Positions 60,117 through 64,000 of a stretch of 64,000 nucleotides of DNA are shown here, in pieces. Under the pieces are notes generated by a model. That model was given only the letters and a program-made list of their open reading frames with translations, did no database searches and was not told the DNA's origin. The position numbers were made by a program, and so were the translations under genes. This DNA comes from Paraspadella gotoi. Lineage: Eukaryota; Animalia; Chaetognatha. The stretch lies in the NCBI GenBank assembly GCA_051294375.1, contig CM119267.1, positions 26,179,293-26,243,292 on the forward strand, written 5' to 3'. Numbering within the stretch: the stretch's first letter is position 1; every line of letters begins with the position of its first letter.

Positions 60117-60466
60117 GTCGCTGCTCAAAAATACTTACCTATTTCTTTAGACATTGCGTTTTTATTGTCGCAATCGCTTTGCGTTTACGTCGCTGTTATT
60201 GTCGTCGGCGTTCCAATTTATAGATCGCATTTTTGATGATTAAATTTGGGTGTATGAAGCTGAAAATTTATATACAGTTTCTCATCATCGAGGTCCTTGA
60301 AATTGGGTGAGGACAGTTATTAAATACGTCTCTTTCTCTCTCTCTCTTTTCTCTTTCAATTATACATAGCTTTCTCTCTCTCTTTTCCCCAGTCGTGATT
60401 CATCGGGAAAAAAAACGAGTCTGCAGCTGCTTCTACTGATTCGAAAACGATTTGGGCTCTGCAGAG

Positions 60467-61010
60467 TAAGGTGTAGTGAAAGTTACATACGAAAATTCTA
60501 AAAGTCAATTATGAATAATATACTATCAGTGAATATTAATTTGTAAAAAAAATTAATTCTATGTTTTTTAATTTTCGTAGTAAGCTATATTTATATATAA
60601 TACAATCCTTATAAAATCGAAAAATTTCAAAATAGGCTTTTCTTAATTTTGATTGCAGATTTGAATTTCTCGTCAAAAGTTGATAAAAGAAAATATAAAT
60701 CATTTTTAAAAATTATTTCATTAAGTGGGTTAAAAATTAAAAAAAATATATTTAATATATAAAAAAGAGTTATATTTCTTTTTGTCAACTTTTTATGACA
60801 AATCTAAATCTGCAAAAAAATCTTAGAAAAAACTGTTTTGAAATTTTAACATTTATTGGTTTAATACTAGTATAAATATGGCCTACTGTATAAATTGTAA
60901 AATTTATTATAAATATTTTTATTATATAAATGTTCATTAATATAATATTGTTCGTTCTTCACTTTTAGAATTTTAATTAAAGTTAAATTTAAAAATTTTA
61001 CTACGCCTTA
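60467..61010 (+). mobile_element. hAT-type MITE family B, full length, 8-bp TSD ctgcagag
   Basis: taaggtgtagtgaaa...ttttactacgcctta; other copies at 4984, 11215, ~27100. Confidence 0.88.
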
Positions 61011-61629
61011 CTGCAGAGGCTTTCTTTGTTTTTCTCTCTTTTCTGCTGCTGCCTTTTGATTTCTTTCTTTTTTTTCTGGCTGCCTCTACTGCTGCCGCTG
61101 CTGATTCGTCCGAAAATGATTTGGCTTCACTTTTCTCTCTCTCTCTCTTTCTTTCTCTCTTTTTTTATTTTGCTGTGGTTTTGTGGCGTCGTTGTCGTCG
61201 TCGTCGGCGTTCCAAATTATAGATCGCCTTTTTGATGATTAAATTTGGGTGTATGAAACTGAAAATTTATTTATTATACAGCTTCTCATCATCGATGTCC
61301 TTAAAGTTGGGTGAGGACAGTTATTAAATATGTTTTGTTTGTTTTATCAAAACAAACAAATATCCTCTATTTTGTTTTTATGTCTCCTTCTCTCTCTCTT
61401 TTTTCTGCAGGGGCTCTTTCTTTTTTTCTCTTTTCTCCTGCTGCTGCTGATTCGCCCAAAAACGATTTCGCTTTTCTCTCTCTTTCTCTCTCTGCGTTTT
61501 TATTTAAAAAAAAAATAGAATTAGGATTGAACTCCTAAAATTAGGCATCGCATTCGTGCATGTTATCATTTTGCTATCGCAACATCGGGTTTTTATTTCG
61601 TTCTTTCTTCTCGTCACTCTCTCTTTATT

Positions 61630-61925
61630 TTTATTTCTCTTTCTTTACTTTCTATTCTTTCTTTACTTTCTATTCTTTCTTTACTTTCTATTCTTTCTTT
61701 ACTTTCTATTCTTTCTTTACTTTCTATTCTTTCTTTCCTTTCTATTCTTTCTTTCCTTTCTATTCTTTCTTTATATATATATATATTCTTTTCTTCTTTT
61801 TCTTTCTGTATTCTTTCTTTCTTTACTTTCTTTACTTTCTATTCTTTCTTTACTTTCTATTCTTTCTTACTTTCTATTCTTTCTTTCCTTTCTATTCTTT
61901 CTTTCCTTTCTATTCTTTTCTTTCT
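61630..61925. repeat. 18-bp minisatellite ttctttactttctattct
   Basis: Direct reading; source of the spurious F/L/Y-rich ORFs. Confidence 0.85.
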
Positions 61926-61932
61926 ATATATA

Positions 61933-62649
61933 TAGGACTAAGCTCTGACGAAAAAAGTCAGAGGTTTTTTTAATATATTCTTTGACCGGCCAATGTAGAA
62001 TGATGGCAATATTGCTATTTTTAAGTTCAAAAAAAAAATCCGACCATAAATATGAAAATATTAACCAAAATCTTCGGAAAATCCACCCCTTCTTTGGAAG
62101 ATTTTCGCCATATAAGATTTTTTCCGAATCTGACTCCGGTTCAAACTCTTAGAATTCCGATCGTTAGCTCCTCTTTTACTTTTACTTTAAATAAAAATTT
62201 ACACCAAAATGGACTAATTCACTTTAAACATGATTGTATCATATTAAAATAACAAATGAAATGTAAAGAAAAATTTTGAGAGCCCTTCAGACATATTGCT
62301 ATGGATTCTGAATTCGAAGTTTATTGTAAAATGACAACATACCTTAAATGCGTTGACATTGTATTGAAGTTGAGAAATCCCTTTATTTTATATATAAAAA
62401 TTGCGTCAAAATATTTTCCCGAGCGGACCAGTCCATTTGATCGAATGGTTCGATGTCAAAATGATGGTTATTTGTCAAGAGAAAAAAAATGCGAGCCCTT
62501 CAGATGCAACAGGATCGGAATCGAGTGTTTTACATCTATTTTTTACCTGAATTTTTCCCAGGGGCGTTGACATTATTTGGTAGTCAGATTTTAACGAAAA
62601 TCTCCATTGAAAAAGTCTTCCTCGATTTCTAAGACGACGTAGACTCCTA
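61933..62649 (+). mobile_element. MITE family D, 7-bp TSD atatata
   Basis: taggactaag...agactccta. Confidence 0.85.
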
Positions 62650-62929
62650 ATATATATATATATTCTTTTCTTCTTTTTTCTTTCTGTAAAAATTAATTTT
62701 CTGATATCATAACGTTTGGTTCTTCAATCTCCCCAATTCCAAAAAATGTAATTCTTTCTTCTCTAGTCAATGGAAAGTGGTCAAAAAATTCGATGTTGTC
62801 AGCTCGCCTATTTTTGTTAAAAATTCGGTAAGGGCAAATCTTTTCCAAGTTTCAATTTTTTTTCATGTAAAGATGGTATAGAATTTCTTTTTTGTTTCCA
62901 ACTTTAGACTAAAAATTAATTCTTGAAAT

Positions 62930-63770
62930 CCGACAATGACGACAACGAAACATAACGAAAAAGACGAAAAAGACAAAAACAATTGAATAGAGATGACGAA
63001 AACGACGGCGAAGACGAAAAAATGGATAACAAAACAAAAACGACGAAACGTCGACGAAAATGATAACAAAACGACAACAACAACAAAAAAGATGATGAAA
63101 GCAACAACAGATGATAACAACCGATATGAAGACGACAACGACGAAGATGACAACAATAACAACAACGACGAAAACAATGACGAAGACGACAACAATAACA
63201 ACACACGACGAAAACAATGACGAAGACGACAACAAAAACATCAAGACGACGACAACAATAACGATGACAAAAACGAAAACGCCGAAAACGACAATGAAGA
63301 AGACGACAACGACGACGAAAACAACAACAAAGACATGACGAAAACGACACAAAGACGATGACGACGACAACGACGAAGAAGACGACAAAAACGAAGGCGA
63401 AAACGACGACGAAAACGAAGGCGAAGACGAAGTAAAAGACAACAATGAGAACGGCAGCAAAAAAGAGAGAGTGAAAGAAAGAGAGAGAAAGAAAGAGAGA
63501 CTCGGAAAGAGAGAGTTTCAAATTTAAGCAAGCAGCGGGGATTTAATTAAAGTACAGATTAATAAGTTAATGATTGACATTTTGATTGTGATTATGACGA
63601 CGAAAACGACAAAACAATGACAAAAAATACGGCGAATATGACGAAAAAAAGTTAGAGGAAAACGACGACGAAGAGGAAGACAAAACCGACGACGAAAAAT
63701 AAGAAGACGAAAACGACGACGAAGAAGACAGAGAAGACAAAAACGACTGCAAAGACGAACTCATAATCAC
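62930..63770. repeat. Degenerate (GAC/AAC/GAA)n low-complexity tract
   Basis: Trinucleotide-derived; open in several frames with no consistent protein. Confidence 0.75.
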
Positions 63771-63910
63771 TGTCAATGATTTTTTATTATAAATTTATTG
63801 ACATAGTTGGTAATAACCTTTCTTTTTCGTTGGTATGTATATTAGAGGCAATTTGGTTTCCTCACCACTTGACCACTATTCTTTCTCAACTCTGTGTGGG
63901 AAACTTTGCC

Positions 63911-63955
<45 letters not shown>

Positions 63956-64000
63956 ACTCTCTCACTCTCTCTCCCTTCTTTCACACAAAAAACTGTCTAA

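Noticed and set aside
61556-61973. Hydrophobic F/L/Y repeat ORFs
   Set aside because: Translation of an 18-bp minisatellite.
62863-63776. Long overlapping ORFs rich in S/V/F or T/K/D
   Set aside because: Products of trinucleotide low complexity; no splice or domain support.

Overview
AT-rich, intron-containing eukaryotic (most likely invertebrate metazoan) genomic DNA, roughly half transposon-derived. All nine host genes I can support lie on the + strand, in this order: 3' end of a class I/II aminotransferase (frameshifted), a divergent H3/cenH3, a two-exon protein with a C-terminal RRM, NAA30, eEFSec, eIF5B (16 exons over 20 kb), a 450-aa protein carrying only the STAG/SA-binding segment of RAD21 plus SUMO-interacting-like motifs, ANKRD39, and the probable first exon of an unknown gene. 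NAA30 and eEFSec also occur as an error-ridden upstream copy that is probably an assembly or haplotype artefact. Introns hold deeply nested non-autonomous elements: Helentron/DINE-1-like HINEs, hAT and Tc1/pogo MITEs, a TRIM, solo LTRs, a DIRS1-type element and its 100-bp hairpin derivative, and Penelope-type fragments with a minimal hammerhead ribozyme. The best leads are the kleisin-fragment protein, an operon-like (trans-splicing-type) gene arrangement, and a repeat-flanked cassette encoding about nine TQT (LC8-binding-like) motifs. All homology calls are from motif recognition by eye; no searches were run.
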